From Bacillota bacterium (GTDB lineage: Bacteria; Bacillota; Dethiobacteria; SKNC01), in contig SKNC01000040.1 of the NCBI GenBank assembly GCA_007120745.1, forward strand, positions 3 through 64,002: DNA of 64,000 bases, in the 5' to 3' direction. The first letter of the stretch is position 1. Each line of letters opens with the position of its first letter. Under the pieces are notes generated by a model. The model was not told where the DNA came from. It searched no databases and saw nothing but the letters and a program-made list of their open reading frames with translations. A program made the translations under genes and the position numbers. Of this stretch, positions 20,584 through 31,647 are shown piece after piece.

Positions 20584-21651
20584 TTACTGGGCCTGCTTTA
20601 AGAGCTCCGCCTGCTCCGCCGCCGCCAGGTTATCAATAAATTCCGCAATATCGCCGTCCAGCACCATGTCCAGCTTGTGCAGAGTCAGCCCTACCCGGTG
20701 GTCCGTCACCCGGCCCTGTGGAAAGTTGTACGTACGAATTCTTTCACTGCGGTCTCCGGAGCCCACCTGGCTCTTCCGTTCCTGGGCCAGCTCCTCATCC
20801 TGTTCCCTCTGGATAATTTCCAGAAGGCGAGCCCGCAGAACCCTCATGGCCTTATCCCGGTTTTTATGCTGGGACTTTTCATCCTGACAGGAGGCCACAA
20901 TTCCCGTGGGAACATGGGTAATCCGAACCGCAGACTTGGTGGTATTGACGCTCTGCCCTCCCGGACCGGTGGCGCAGAAGGTGTCAATCCTCAGGTCCTG
21001 GGGGTTAACGTCCACTTCCACGTCTTCTGCCTCGGGAAGAACCGCCACGGTGGCCGCCGAGGTATGAATTCTTCCGCTGGACTCCGTGGAGGGCACCCTC
21101 TGCACCCGGTGCACCCCGGACTCATATTTCAGGCAGCTGTATGCTCCATGGCCCTCCACCAAAAACACAATCTCTTTAAATCCACCGATATCCGTGGGGT
21201 TGGAATTGAGAATCTCCAGCTTCCAGCCCCGGCGCTCCGCATAACGAGAGTACATGCGAAAGAGATCCCCGGCAAAGAGCGCAGCTTCCTCTCCCCCGGT
21301 GCCTGCCCGGATTTCTACGATGACGTCCTTCTCGTCGTTGGGGTCCTGGGGAATCAGCTGCAACTTCAGCTCTTCCTCCAGTTTCTCTTTCTTTTCAGAA
21401 AGAAGAGCAATTTCCTCCTTGACCATCAGGGCCATGTCCTCATCCTGTTTTTCCTTCTGCATTTCCCGGGCCTCCTCCAGCTCCTGGCAAACCTGTTTAT
21501 AGGTGCGAAAAATTTCCACCGTTTTGCTCAAGCGGGAATGTTCCCGGGTATATTTCTGCCATTCCTGCTGCCGGCTTATCACTTCAGGGTCGCTGATCAG
21601 ACCCTCCAGCTCCAGGTAACGGTCTTCAATTTCCTGTAATTTTTCTATCAT
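20584..21651 (-). CDS. prfA: Peptide chain release factor 1
   Basis: [14 protein letters not shown] tripeptide region, [10 protein letters not shown] (GGQ), [15 protein letters not shown]. Confidence 0.99.
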   Translation of the reverse strand: MIEKLQEIEDRYLELEGLISDPEVISRQQEWQKYTREHSRLSKTVEIFRTYKQVCQELEEAREMQKEKQDEDMALMVKEEIALLSEKKEKLEEELKLQLIPQDPNDEKDVIVEIRAGTGGEEAALFAGDLFRMYSRYAERRGWKLEILNSNPTDIGGFKEIVFLVEGHGAYSCLKYESGVHRVQRVPSTESSGRIHTSAATVAVLPEAEDVEVDVNPQDLRIDTFCATGPGGQSVNTTKSAVRITHVPTGIVASCQDEKSQHKNRDKAMRVLRARLLEIIQREQDEELAQERKSQVGSGDRSERIRTYNFPQGRVTDHRVGLTLHKLDMVLDGDIAEFIDNLAAAEQAELLKQAQ

Positions 21652-21763
21652 CTTATCACCTGCTTCTGCAGCCTAAAAGTCCCCGACTTTATCCATGGGA
21701 AACTTTTCTGGCTGGTAAAATTTATAGATTTAGGCATGAAATTCATGCAGTAAATCTTCTGTC

Positions 21764-22657
21764 TTATGCTTCCGATGCCTCTGCTGCTTCCTCCGCCTTA
21801 TCCCTGCTCACCAGGGGCTCCAGGGCTTTTAATGCCACTTCCAGCTGGGAATCCTCGGGAATGCGGGTAGTAAACCTCTGCAGAAATACCCCGGGGCAGG
21901 AGATTACCCGGCTGATCCAGTTGTTTTTCTTCCCCAGGTATCGTATGGCCTCATAAGACAGGCCGGCCACTAGAGGCAGCAGAGCCAGCCGGGTCAAGAT
22001 TCTAACCCAAAGGTTGGGCCAGCCGAAGAAGGAAAAAAAGATAATGCTGATTACCATAACCAGCAGAAGGAAGCTGGTGCCGCAGCGGGCATGAAGAGGG
22101 CTGAATTTCCGGGAGTTCTCCACGGTCAGGGGGATTCCCGCTTCATAACAGTGAATCACCATGTGTTCCGCCCCGTGATACTGAAAAACCCTCTGGATAT
22201 CCTTCATCCGGGAAATGGCCGCCAGGTAGCCTAAAAAAATCAACAGCCTCAATGCTCCCTCGGAAAGATTCATTAACAGGGGGATCTGGGGTGCCGACGC
22301 CATAATATATCGAACCAGAAAGGTGGGAAACAGGATAAACAGAAGAATTCCCAGGGCCAGGGCAAAAAATGTGGTTGCCCACATCTGCCAGTCCTCCAGG
22401 GTTTCCTCTTCCTCCTCCAGGGCCAGTTCCACAGAAAGGTTTAGTGTCTTTACCCCCAGCACCAGGGATTCAAAAAAGGTAAGAACTCCCCGCAGCACCG
22501 GGAGCTTTAAAAATGGATATTTTACGGCCAGCGAGTTTATATTTTTTCGAATCACCTGGATTCGCCGGTCGGGACAGCGTACAGCAATGGACATATCCTC
22601 CTGGTCCCTCATCATGACCCCTTCTATTACCGCCTGGCCTCCAATGGGTCGTTCCAT
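21764..22657 (-). CDS. DUF1385 (YqhQ-like) membrane protein
   Basis: GGQAVIEGVMM, FQYHGAEH, HARCGTSF; usual position between rpmE and prfA. Confidence 0.92.
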   Translation of the reverse strand: MERPIGGQAVIEGVMMRDQEDMSIAVRCPDRRIQVIRKNINSLAVKYPFLKLPVLRGVLTFFESLVLGVKTLNLSVELALEEEEETLEDWQMWATTFFALALGILLFILFPTFLVRYIMASAPQIPLLMNLSEGALRLLIFLGYLAAISRMKDIQRVFQYHGAEHMVIHCYEAGIPLTVENSRKFSPLHARCGTSFLLLVMVISIIFFSFFGWPNLWVRILTRLALLPLVAGLSYEAIRYLGKKNNWISRVISCPGVFLQRFTTRIPEDSQLEVALKALEPLVSRDKAEEAAEASEA

Positions 22658-22703
22658 GGTTCTCCCTCCTAAAAGAAAAAGCAGAGCTCTCCCGCCCCGC
22701 TTC

Positions 22704-22904
22704 TTATTTCCTGCCGTATTTACGCTTGAATCTCTCTACCCGTCCGCCGGAGTCAACGAATTTTTGTTTTCCGGTAAAGAAAGGGTGGCAGGCGGAGCAG
22801 ATCTCCACCTTCAAGTCTTTCTTCGTGGAACCGGTTTCAAAAACAGCACCGCAGGCGCATTTTATCGTGGTTTCGTGATATTCGGGATGAATTTTTGCTT
22901 TCAA
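22704..22904 (-). CDS. rpmE: 50S ribosomal protein L31, Zn-binding type
   Basis: [25 protein letters not shown]. Confidence 0.98.
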   Translation of the reverse strand: MKAKIHPEYHETTIKCACGAVFETGSTKKDLKVEICSACHPFFTGKQKFVDSGGRVERFKRKYGRK

Positions 22905-22940
22905 TGGACTTCACCTCTTTCGGCAGAAATTACAGTATAA

Positions 22941-22969
22941 ATCATAACACAGCTGAAGGGCGATTGCAA
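22941..22969 (-). promoter_or_regulatory. sigmaA promoter of rpmE
   Basis: TTGCAA-N17-TATGAT with an extended TG. Confidence 0.7.
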
Positions 22970-23010
22970 CTAAAAACTTCCGGGCCATGTAAAAAATCTG
23001 CCCAAAAGGC

Positions 23011-23994
23011 TTACCTTTTGGGCAGATAGTTGACGGGATTCAACTTTTTGCCATCTTTGATGATTTCCAGGTGCACGTGGGGACCGGTGGCATTCCCGGT
23101 GGAGCCTGACAGCGCAACCACCGTGCCCTGGTTTACCCACTGCCCTCTGGATACTTTAAGGCTGGAGGCATGGGCGTAAAGGCTTTTCCAACCGTCCCCG
23201 TGGTCCACAATGACCGCCCGGCCGTACCCGCCCCTCCATCCGGAATACTCTACCGTACCGGCCGCTATGGCCTTCAGGGGGGTTCCGGTAACCACGGCAA
23301 TATCCAGTCCGTAGTGAAATCCGCTGCTTCGAGGGCCATAAGGAGAAGAAATCCACCCCTCAAGGGTTGGCCAGATGAAGCGGGGTGCTTCCCGGGCAGA
23401 TCGGCTCGGGGTATCGGAGCTGGTACCGGTTCGCACCGTGGTCCGGCTTGCAGCCTGCTGGCTCAGGGCATATTCCACGCTTTCTTCATTGGCGGGAATA
23501 ATGAGAATGTCCCCAATCTGCAGGCCCTCGGGATTATCCACCTGGTTTAATTCCATCAGCTCGGATCTTTTCACCCGATACTTTGCGGCAATGTCCCAGA
23601 TGGTATCTCCACTGGCTATTTCATGAATGATCACCAGCCCCCGGGTTATCTGAAGAACATCGCCCTCCTGGATCTGGCTTGAACTGTTCAGGTCATTGTT
23701 CAGGGCAATTACCTCCGCTGAGGATCTGTACCGGTCCGCAATGCTGCCGACCGTTTCCCCTCTTCGAACCCGGTGGTAAATTATCTCCGTGGGATCTACC
23801 TCTTCCAGATCTTCTTCCTCTTCCTCTTCCTGCGGCGTATTACTCTCCACATATTCTACAAGCTTATCCAAAAACGGCGGGCGAATATTAGCCCCTGCCG
23901 CCTGTTCCAGCGCCTGGGCGTTGTTCGGAAAGGCTGCAAACAAAAAGGCTGCCAGCAGCAGTGCCCAGGGAGAACAGCGAATTTTCCCAACCAT
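23011..23994 (-). CDS. Secreted LysM x2 / M23 metallo-endopeptidase
   Basis: Signal peptide, poly-Glu linker, two LysM repeats, HYGLD and HVHLE Zn motifs. Confidence 0.9.
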   Translation of the reverse strand: MVGKIRCSPWALLLAAFLFAAFPNNAQALEQAAGANIRPPFLDKLVEYVESNTPQEEEEEEDLEEVDPTEIIYHRVRRGETVGSIADRYRSSAEVIALNNDLNSSSQIQEGDVLQITRGLVIIHEIASGDTIWDIAAKYRVKRSELMELNQVDNPEGLQIGDILIIPANEESVEYALSQQAASRTTVRTGTSSDTPSRSAREAPRFIWPTLEGWISSPYGPRSSGFHYGLDIAVVTGTPLKAIAAGTVEYSGWRGGYGRAVIVDHGDGWKSLYAHASSLKVSRGQWVNQGTVVALSGSTGNATGPHVHLEIIKDGKKLNPVNYLPKR

Positions 23995-24068
23995 TTTTTT
24001 TCACCTCATTTTTAAGTTAAAAACTCACCCCCTATTCTTGTCCGAAAACAAAAAAAATATGCATAATT

Positions 24069-25331
24069 CTATAAATTATGCATATTTGCCAAAAATTCTT
24101 CATTGGAATTGGTTTTGGAGAGCTTGCTTATGAGTAATTCCACAAATTCTCCGGGGCTGGAGTTGTGCATGGCCCGTCTCAGGGTCCACATCAGCTCCAG
24201 CTTCTTCTCCGGCAGGAGCAGTTCCTCCCTGCGGGTTCCCGACTTGAGAATATCTATGGCCGGGAAGACCCTTCTCTCTGCCAGCTTTCTTTCCAGGTGA
24301 ATCTCCATGTTGCCGGTACCTTTAAATTCCTCGTAAATCACATCATCCATTCGGCTGCCGGTTTCCACCAGGGCAGTGGCCAGGATGGTTAAACTTCCCC
24401 CTTCTTCGATTTTCCGGGCGGCCCCAAAGAAGCGCTTGGGCTTATGAAAAGCCCCGGGGTCAATCCCTCCGGAAAGGGTCCTGCCGCTGGGGGGAATCAC
24501 CAGGTTGTAGGCCCGGGCCAGCCGGGTTATGCTGTCCAGGAGAATCACCACGTCCCTTCCGTGTTCCACCAGACGCTGCGCTCTTTCCAGGACCATTTCC
24601 GCCAGGCGAACGTGATTCTCCGGCTGCTGGTCAAAGGTGGAGCTCAGCACATCTCCCTTTACGGATCGGCGCATGTCCGTAACCTCTTCCGGCCTTTCGT
24701 CGATTAACAGAACAATCAGTTCCAGCGCCGGGTAGTTGGTGGTAAGGCTGTTGGCAATTTTTTTCAAAAGCAGGGTTTTACCGGCCTTGGGAGGGGAAAC
24801 AATCAGGCCCCTCTGCCCCTTGCCGATGGGAATGAGGAGGTCAATAATCCGGGTGGCAAAATGCTCCGGAGAGGTCTCCAGCACCATCTGTTCATTGGGG
24901 TGAATGGGAGTCAGTGAGGGGAAGTAAGGTCTCTTGGAGGCCAGTTCCGGGTCACTGCCGTTAACTGCGCCCACATGGAGCAGGGCATAGTACCGTTCAT
25001 TGTCCTTGGGAGGTCTTACCTTACCGCTTACCTGGTCACCGGTGCGCAGGTCGAACCGCTTGATCTGGGAAGCGGATATATAAATATCGTGATCCCCCGG
25101 CAGATAGGTTTCGCTTCGAAGGAAACCGAAGCCGTCGGGCATAATATCCAGCACTCCTTCGTCAAAATAGTAGCCCTCCTGCTCTGCTGCTGCCTTCATA
25201 ATGGCAAAAATTAACTCCTTTTTTTTCATGGTGGAATAACCCTTAACCTCCTGCTCCTGAGCGATTTTGCTCAGTTCCGGCAGGGTCATCTTTTCCAGCG
25301 TTTCAATTTTTAACGTTTTTACGGCTTCCAT
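24069..25331 (-). CDS. rho: Transcription termination factor Rho
   Basis: [30 protein letters not shown]. Confidence 0.99.
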   Translation of the reverse strand: MEAVKTLKIETLEKMTLPELSKIAQEQEVKGYSTMKKKELIFAIMKAAAEQEGYYFDEGVLDIMPDGFGFLRSETYLPGDHDIYISASQIKRFDLRTGDQVSGKVRPPKDNERYYALLHVGAVNGSDPELASKRPYFPSLTPIHPNEQMVLETSPEHFATRIIDLLIPIGKGQRGLIVSPPKAGKTLLLKKIANSLTTNYPALELIVLLIDERPEEVTDMRRSVKGDVLSSTFDQQPENHVRLAEMVLERAQRLVEHGRDVVILLDSITRLARAYNLVIPPSGRTLSGGIDPGAFHKPKRFFGAARKIEEGGSLTILATALVETGSRMDDVIYEEFKGTGNMEIHLERKLAERRVFPAIDILKSGTRREELLLPEKKLELMWTLRRAMHNSSPGEFVELLISKLSKTNSNEEFLANMHNL

Positions 25332-25789
25332 AAATTACGGCCTCCTGGTTCATAATGTAGGATACTGTGGCAGCACGTTTAGTCCTATGGCAGATGCCAC
25401 CGCATTTTGTTTGTCAGAGCCAACAGCTCCAATCCCCCCTGCTTGTTAAGCAGACGGTCATAGTTATAATCGGTATAAAAACATTTTCCATAATACATTA
25501 CGGATACATTCCTTACTTTACTGATTACATTTCATTTTTTTATTGGTTATCCACTTCCCCGTATAGGTTTTCGCTTATTTATTTTATTATTTCAACCGCA
25601 TGGTGCTTAAAAAGCTTATGTGAAATCAGGCAGGAACTGCTCTCTATACTCATAGAAAGGAGCTTAAAAGGAAGGAAGGAAAGAATATATAACTCAGCAA
25701 AAAACCTCTCTATTTAAAAAATGGGCAAAGGGCATTTCCTTACATTGAAAAGATATATCTGCAGGGCAGGAACATTACGAAGCTCTATT

Positions 25790-26788
25790 TCAGGAAGCAG
25801 CACCCATGTAGAACAGCAGGACTACGGTAATTAAATAAGTAATAATAATGGTAATGGAGTCCAACCCCAGGGAGGCGACCTGCCTCTTGGAGCGGTAGAT
25901 AAGACCTATTATTGCCACTGCCATCAGGAATATACTCACCTGAGCGGTAAAAATATGGCTGATGCTCACTTCTTTCAGGACCGGTCCGGGACGGTAAAAT
26001 ATTTCCGCCACAAAGACAATAAAAAGATTTAAAAAATTGGCCCCAAAAATATTTCCAATGGCCATATCCAGCATACCCATGCGGGCGGCACTGGCGGTGG
26101 TGGCCAGTTCCGGAAGGGAGGTGGATATGGCGATTAAAATAGCTCCCACCAGGGTTTCCCCCAGCCCGGTAATCTGGGCCAGGTCTTTCCCGGAGTCTGC
26201 CAGCATAATCCCCGCGAAGATAATAATCACGGAAGAAATAGCAAAGCCGGTGATTCCCTGGGTCAGGGTTTTCCCCTCCAGGTGGTGGCAGGAAACGTTC
26301 TCCCCCTTCAAAACCGGGTAGCGTTTTTCATATCTCATGAGTAACCGGGAACCCAATATGTAGAAGGCAAAAATCATCCAGCTCTCCACCCCAACCCCCA
26401 GGAAGGAGACCGTGGTGGGGAGCATGATATTTAAGGTAATGAAACTGGTCATGGCAATCGCCATTCCGGCGGTGAGGATATGGCCCACCTTGACCTGCCG
26501 CAGAACCGGAGCTCCGGGACTGATTAAATCGATAAAGGCAATGATGGCCACATTAAAAATATTGCTGCCGAAAATATTTCCCAGGGCCAGGTCCGGTGCA
26601 CCAATCAGGGATGACCGGGCAGAAGTTACTACCTCCGGCAGGGAGGTGGCCAGGGGAAGCAGCAGAGCACCGGCCCAGACCATTCCCAGCCCGGTTTTGT
26701 CGGCGATGAGGTCCGCATTTTTGGTCAGCCGGGTTCCGGCCCAGATAATAAGGGCCGCACTTACGAAAAACTTCAGCCAAACGAACAA
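25790..26788 (-). CDS. Cation:Ca2+ antiporter (CaCA / YrbG-like)
   Basis: Duplicated alpha repeats ATSLPE...GNIFGSN and STSLPE...GNIFGAN. Start provisionally set at a TTG after GGAG. Confidence 0.88.
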   Translation of the reverse strand: MFVWLKFFVSAALIIWAGTRLTKNADLIADKTGLGMVWAGALLLPLATSLPEVVTSARSSLIGAPDLALGNIFGSNIFNVAIIAFIDLISPGAPVLRQVKVGHILTAGMAIAMTSFITLNIMLPTTVSFLGVGVESWMIFAFYILGSRLLMRYEKRYPVLKGENVSCHHLEGKTLTQGITGFAISSVIIIFAGIMLADSGKDLAQITGLGETLVGAILIAISTSLPELATTASAARMGMLDMAIGNIFGANFLNLFIVFVAEIFYRPGPVLKEVSISHIFTAQVSIFLMAVAIIGLIYRSKRQVASLGLDSITIIITYLITVVLLFYMGAAS

Positions 26789-26893
26789 AAAATCAACTCC
26801 ATTGATCTGCTTTGAAGAATAGAACAGGCAGTCTGATGATTTTACTTTATTTGATTTCGTTGAAAAAAGCAACAATAATCTGACCGGCAGCCT

Positions 26894-27880
26894 TTAAACC
26901 TGGGAGGAACACCCCCTGCTGACCACAAACTTTGGTTTTTTGTCCAGCCGGTGTATGGCCTCTACAAAACGTACCGTCCCCGTCTTGCCCCGCATTACCA
27001 GGGAGTGGGTGGAGGCGGTTTTGCCCAGGAAGCGCACTCCTTTCAGCATATCCCCATCGGTGATACCGGTAGCAGCAAAAATCACATCGTCATCCTTTAC
27101 CAAGTCGTCCATATGTAAAAGCTTATTCATGTCAGCAATGCCCATCTTATGAATTTTCTCTTTGTCTTCCTCATCCTCGGGGTACAGCCGGGCCTGGATG
27201 TCTCCCCCCAGGCACTTCAACGCAGCCGCCGCCAGGACTCCCTCGGGAGCGCCGCCGACTCCAAAGAGGATATCCACGCCGGTGCCCTCCAGGGCAGTAG
27301 CGATGGCCGCAGAAACATCCCCGTCAGTAATTAATTTCACCCGGGCTCCGGCCTCCCGGACCTCCTGGATGATTCTTTTATGGCGGGGACGATCCAGGAT
27401 AATGGCCACCAGATCCTCCACATCCCGGTTCAAGGCCTGGGCCACGGCCTTCAGGTTATCTTTCACCGGTGCATCCAGATGCACTGCCCCCGCAGCCTTT
27501 GGGCCCACGGCAATTTTATCCATGTAAATATCCGGAGCGTGCAGCAGGCAGCCCCGGCCCGCAACGGCCAGAACCGACAGAGAGTTGGGCAGTCCCTTGG
27601 CCACCAGGTTGGTGCCCTCCAGGGGATCCACTGCCACGTCCACCTCCGGTTCATCACCGGTTCCTACTTTTTCCCCCGTGTAGAGCATGGGGGCTTCATC
27701 CGCCTCTCCTTCCCCAATAACCACGGTTCCGTCGATAAGAACTGTGTCAAAGGTCCGGCGCATGGCATCCACTGCTGCCTGGTCTGCAGCAATTTTATCC
27801 CCCCGGCCCATGAGCCTGGCTGAAGCAAGGGCCGCAGCCTCCGTCACCCTGACAAATTCCAGAGCCAGTTCTCTCTCCAA
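26894..27880 (-). CDS. glpX: Fructose-1,6-bisphosphatase class II
   Basis: [38 protein letters not shown]. Confidence 0.97.
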   Translation of the reverse strand: MERELALEFVRVTEAAALASARLMGRGDKIAADQAAVDAMRRTFDTVLIDGTVVIGEGEADEAPMLYTGEKVGTGDEPEVDVAVDPLEGTNLVAKGLPNSLSVLAVAGRGCLLHAPDIYMDKIAVGPKAAGAVHLDAPVKDNLKAVAQALNRDVEDLVAIILDRPRHKRIIQEVREAGARVKLITDGDVSAAIATALEGTGVDILFGVGGAPEGVLAAAALKCLGGDIQARLYPEDEEDKEKIHKMGIADMNKLLHMDDLVKDDDVIFAATGITDGDMLKGVRFLGKTASTHSLVMRGKTGTVRFVEAIHRLDKKPKFVVSRGCSSQV

Positions 27881-28004
27881 TTTTATCCTCTCCCTTTTTC
27901 TACAATCCTGTATCCCGTGCTGCCTGTTTTCAGGACTGCATGATTACAATTAATCCGCCGGATTAAATGACCTGCTTTGCTCCTCAGATTTTATTTCCCG
28001 GTCT

Positions 28005-28649
28005 TCATCTTCCGGATTTCTGCCAGTCTTCCAGAAACTTTTCTACGCCTGCATCCGTCAGGGGATGCTGAAACATCTGCCGCAAAACCGTAAAGGGTAT
28101 GGTAGCTATGTCTGCTCCGGCCCGGGCCACTTCCGTTACATGAAGAGGGTGCCGGATGCTGGCAGCAATAATTTCTGTTTCATAACCGTAGTAGTTGTAC
28201 ACTTCTACAATCTCCCGAACCAGCTCCACTCCGGCATGGCCTATGTCATCCAGCCGGCCGATAAAGGGACTGACATAGGTAGCCCCAACATTGGCCGCCA
28301 GCAGGGCCTGGTTCAACGAAAACAGCAGGGTAACGTTGGTCTTTATCCCCTCCGGGGCCAATACGCTCACTGCTTTCATGCCCTCATCGGTCATGGGAAT
28401 TTTAATCACCACGTTGGGAGCCATCTCCGCCAGCTTTCTGGCCTCTTCCACCATATCCTCGCCTTTCAGGCTGAGTACTTCAGCACTGACGGGGCCCGGA
28501 ACCAGGGTGGTAATTTCCTTTACAATCCCCTGAAAATCCCCTTCTTCCCTGGCAATCAGGCTGGGATTGGTGGTAACTCCTGAAATGACTCCCCATCCGG
28601 CAGCCGTCCGTATTTCTTCCAAATTAGCGGTATCCAGGAAAAGCTTCAA
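28005..28649 (-). CDS. tal: Transaldolase (TalC/FSA family)
   Basis: [14 protein letters not shown] (Schiff-base Lys); SAEV (Glu) and SPFIGR (Phe) indicate transaldolase rather than FSA. Confidence 0.93.
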   Translation of the reverse strand: MKLFLDTANLEEIRTAAGWGVISGVTTNPSLIAREEGDFQGIVKEITTLVPGPVSAEVLSLKGEDMVEEARKLAEMAPNVVIKIPMTDEGMKAVSVLAPEGIKTNVTLLFSLNQALLAANVGATYVSPFIGRLDDIGHAGVELVREIVEVYNYYGYETEIIAASIRHPLHVTEVARAGADIATIPFTVLRQMFQHPLTDAGVEKFLEDWQKSGR

Positions 28650-28878
28650 TTCCTTTCACCTTCCCATCTTTAAATTTTCTTTTCTACTTGCGGTTTTTCT
28701 TCTTGGACATTCATGCAGCAAAAAGCGCTGCACCATCAGAAGGATGAAAATAATAAAAAATCATTTTACAGGCTAAACAGTATTATCTACAGATAGTATG
28801 TAACAATGTTTCTGAAACCATTACCGTTCCAATAAGATTCCTTCATTTATTCTGATTCATTTTATAAGCTCCGGCCTT

Positions 28879-29730
28879 TTATGCTTTGGCCGAACACTTG
28901 AAAAGCCTCATTTTTGTTTTAATGACTTCTTTCATCTCCACCTTTGCGGGGCCAAGGATTTTTCGGGGGTCATATTCCTGGGGAGTCTCTGCCAGCACCC
29001 GGCTCACCCCCCGGGCAAAGGCCTGTCGAATATCGGTATCAATATTAATCTTGCAGATCCCCATCTCAATGGCCCTGCAGATGCTGGCGTCAGGAACCCC
29101 GGAGGCCCCGTGCAGCACCAGGGGAATGGCTACTCTTTTTTTAATCTCCCCCAGCCGGTCAAAGTCCAGCTTTGGCTCTCCCTTGTAGGGCCCGTGGGCT
29201 GTACCGATGGCAATGGCCAGGGCATCTACCCCGCTTTTTTCCACAAACAGGGAGGCTTCCTCGGGGTTGGTAAAAAGAGCATCCTTTTCGTCTACGGTAA
29301 TATCATCCTCGGTACCGCCGATTTTCCCCAGTTCCCCTTCCACAGAAACTCCTACCGCAGAGGCTGCCTCCACCACCCTGGCAGTCAGGGCGATGTTTTC
29401 CTCCAGGGGAAGCTTGGAACCATCAATCATGACGGAACTAAAACCATGGCGGATGCACTGCATAATCTGTTCAAAACTGGTCCCATGATCCAGGTGCAGC
29501 GCCACAGGGACCGAAGCCTGTTCAGCAGCGGCCTTGACCATGGCCACAATATACTGAATTCCCGCATATTTTAATCCTCCCTGGCTGGCCTGTAAGATCA
29601 CCGGGGCCCTTTCCTCCTCTGCCGACTCCACGATGGCCTGAACAATTTCCATGTTGTTGGTATTAAAGGCCCCCACGGCGTATCCGTTTTTCTGAGCCTC
29701 TCCCAACATCTCCTTCAAAGTAATTAACAT
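28879..29730 (-). CDS. fba: Fructose-bisphosphate aldolase class II
   Basis: LHLDHG, VMIDGS, GTAHG, VLHGASG, KINIDT. Confidence 0.97.
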   Translation of the reverse strand: MLITLKEMLGEAQKNGYAVGAFNTNNMEIVQAIVESAEEERAPVILQASQGGLKYAGIQYIVAMVKAAAEQASVPVALHLDHGTSFEQIMQCIRHGFSSVMIDGSKLPLEENIALTARVVEAASAVGVSVEGELGKIGGTEDDITVDEKDALFTNPEEASLFVEKSGVDALAIAIGTAHGPYKGEPKLDFDRLGEIKKRVAIPLVLHGASGVPDASICRAIEMGICKINIDTDIRQAFARGVSRVLAETPQEYDPRKILGPAKVEMKEVIKTKMRLFKCSAKA

Positions 29731-29777
29731 ATCTATGGCGCCTCCTTAGATTTAATTTATAAAAGGAATTAACGGGT

Positions 29778-30152
29778 TTATTCTTCTTCATCTCTTAGAG
29801 CCAGGCTAATTTTGTCCAGCATTTCCTGGATTTCAAAGGGTTTGGTTAAGCATCCCATGGCTCCCCTCTCCGTAACCTGGGAAAGAGTTTCCGGGTCGCC
29901 ATAGCCTGTCATCATCAAAACCTTGATATCTGGCTTTACTTCCTTCATCGAGCTCAAAGTTTCCAGGCCGCACATCCCTGACATTTTAACGTCCAGCAGC
30001 ACCAGGTGCACCCGCCGCTCTTTTATAATTCCCAGGGCCTCTGCACCGTTTTTGGCCTCCAATACGGTGTAGAACTCCTGCAGAATTTCTTTTAAAAGAG
30101 CCCGGATTCCCTCCTGGTCATCCGCCACCAGTATTATTTTGTCACCGCTCAT
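29778..30152 (-). CDS. spo0F: Single-domain response regulator, Spo0F-like
   Basis: DDQEGIR.LL.E, LLD (phospho-Asp), MTGYG, KPF; directly upstream of fba as in Bacillus. Confidence 0.75.
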   Translation of the reverse strand: MSGDKIILVADDQEGIRALLKEILQEFYTVLEAKNGAEALGIIKERRVHLVLLDVKMSGMCGLETLSSMKEVKPDIKVLMMTGYGDPETLSQVTERGAMGCLTKPFEIQEMLDKISLALRDEEE

Positions 30153-30308
30153 AAAAAAACCCCCATGGGATATAATGGAATTTATAAAGCCCTGGGTACA
30201 AAAATGTTATGTAATATTAAATACTGCCTGTGAGAGCCTCTGGTATCCGGTGCTCCTGATATAATTATACCAATTGTTCCCTGCCGATTCAAAAGAGAAG
30301 TAAAGCCT

Positions 30309-30770
30309 TTAGCAAAACTTAATAATTTTCTTAATCAAGCCCTGTTCAATGGCCCAGCGTTCCACATCTTCTTTCTTCCATACCGGACCCATCTTCAGCT
30401 CGTAAATAGGCTGCGGAAGCTTACCCCTCTGGCGGTATACGCTGACCTTTTTTGGGCTCCAGCCCAGCATGGCCGCTACCTCCGCGGTGCCCACGATATC
30501 TAAGGGGCGGTGGTGGTGGGGAAAGTCCTTCCGTAAAATCACCGTAACCTTCTTTTCGTTTTCATTAAAAAATTCTATAATGTATTTTTTATCCAGGGTG
30601 CTGCAGCTTCTTACCATGAAGCCTTCCCCTTCCCATAGAATGGTCCCTTCATCCGAAGGGTCCAGGGTAATATCGTGAATTTTTAAAAGCCTGAGAAATT
30701 CCAGACTGTAATCTCCCTCGTCAGAGACTTTGAAAGTTCCCAGTATTTTTCCCGGTCGGTATATGCTCAT
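30309..30770 (-). CDS. Hypothetical protein with C-terminal AlpA/excisionase-like HTH
   Basis: C-terminus IVGTAEVAAMLGWSPKKVSVYRQRGKLPQPIYELKMGPVWKKEDVERW. Start refined to MSIYRP. Confidence 0.7.
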   Translation of the reverse strand: MSIYRPGKILGTFKVSDEGDYSLEFLRLLKIHDITLDPSDEGTILWEGEGFMVRSCSTLDKKYIIEFFNENEKKVTVILRKDFPHHHRPLDIVGTAEVAAMLGWSPKKVSVYRQRGKLPQPIYELKMGPVWKKEDVERWAIEQGLIKKIIKFC

Positions 30771-31035
30771 GAAAAAACCCCCCTGTTGTAGATTACAACA
30801 ATTAATTATAACGGGAGATTTTCCAGTTGTCAACTTTTGAAAACAAGGGTAAAAGCTTCCATTGGATAAAAAACCTCCCCTAATCTCTCTAACAGGCCCT
30901 TTGTCGAATTTTTTGCTGCCTGTTTTCATCTATATGCAAAAGCAAGGAAATATAGGACAGGCGGGAGAATTTTGGTAAAAATCAGATGATTGGTTTCAGA
31001 GTGGCTGATAGGGCTTCCCATTCTTAGTCAGCCAA

Positions 31036-31647
31036 CTACATTAATTCTGCCAGGAAGGGACCCAGTAAAATCCCTGCAAGCAGCAGAAATAGCACCAGAA
31101 GCCCAAAGAGGAAAATAAAGGGCAGAAAGTAGGATACCAGCGCACGGCCCAAGGAAATGTTGTAAACGTTACGAATTCCATTGACCTTCAGCACCAGGGC
31201 CCAGATCGATATGGCCAGGGAAAAGAATCCCGTGGGATTAAAGGGAAAATATCGGGCTGCCAGGCTTACGGGGAGCATGAATATATAGGGAATATGTCCA
31301 TAACCCAAAACCGCACCCAGCCGGGAAATCCGTCCTTCTCCCCCTAAAAGTTCCACCGTCAGGTGCAAAACCGCGGTGAATAGAAAAAAGTACAGGGGGA
31401 TTAAGGGCAGGTTAAGAAAGGGCATAAACCGGGCCATCCCCTCCATCAGTTCCGGGGACACAGGAAAACCTCTGAATTCCTCAATCATTTGACCTGCCTG
31501 GCTGGCAGTGTTGGAAAGAGTAACAATAACGGATACTACCAGGTATACCAGGAACCCCTGCCAGATATTTTTCTCCCGGCTCACTTTTTCCATGCCCCGG
31601 GAGGGCTTAAACAAAATGTCATAAACGTCATCTAAAAAACTGCCCAT
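31036..31647 (-). CDS. Yip1-family membrane protein
   Basis: N-terminal DILFKPS.GM pattern and five TM segments; abuts sppA. Confidence 0.75.
   Translation of the reverse strand: MGSFLDDVYDILFKPSRGMEKVSREKNIWQGFLVYLVVSVIVTLSNTASQAGQMIEEFRGFPVSPELMEGMARFMPFLNLPLIPLYFFLFTAVLHLTVELLGGEGRISRLGAVLGYGHIPYIFMLPVSLAARYFPFNPTGFFSLAISIWALVLKVNGIRNVYNISLGRALVSYFLPFIFLFGLLVLFLLLAGILLGPFLAELM

Noticed and set aside
23011-23994. spoIIQ call for either M23 protein (also 52291-53673)
   Set aside because: Both have LysM (one also G5) domains and intact Zn motifs, and neither is in the spoIID-spoIIQ context.
25332-25789. ncRNA or ORF in the 460-bp gap upstream of rho (track ORF 25367-25717)
   Set aside because: AT-rich, with no recognisable fold or family. 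The ORF is antisense and lacks an SD, and the single DnaA-box-like 9-mer is imperfect.
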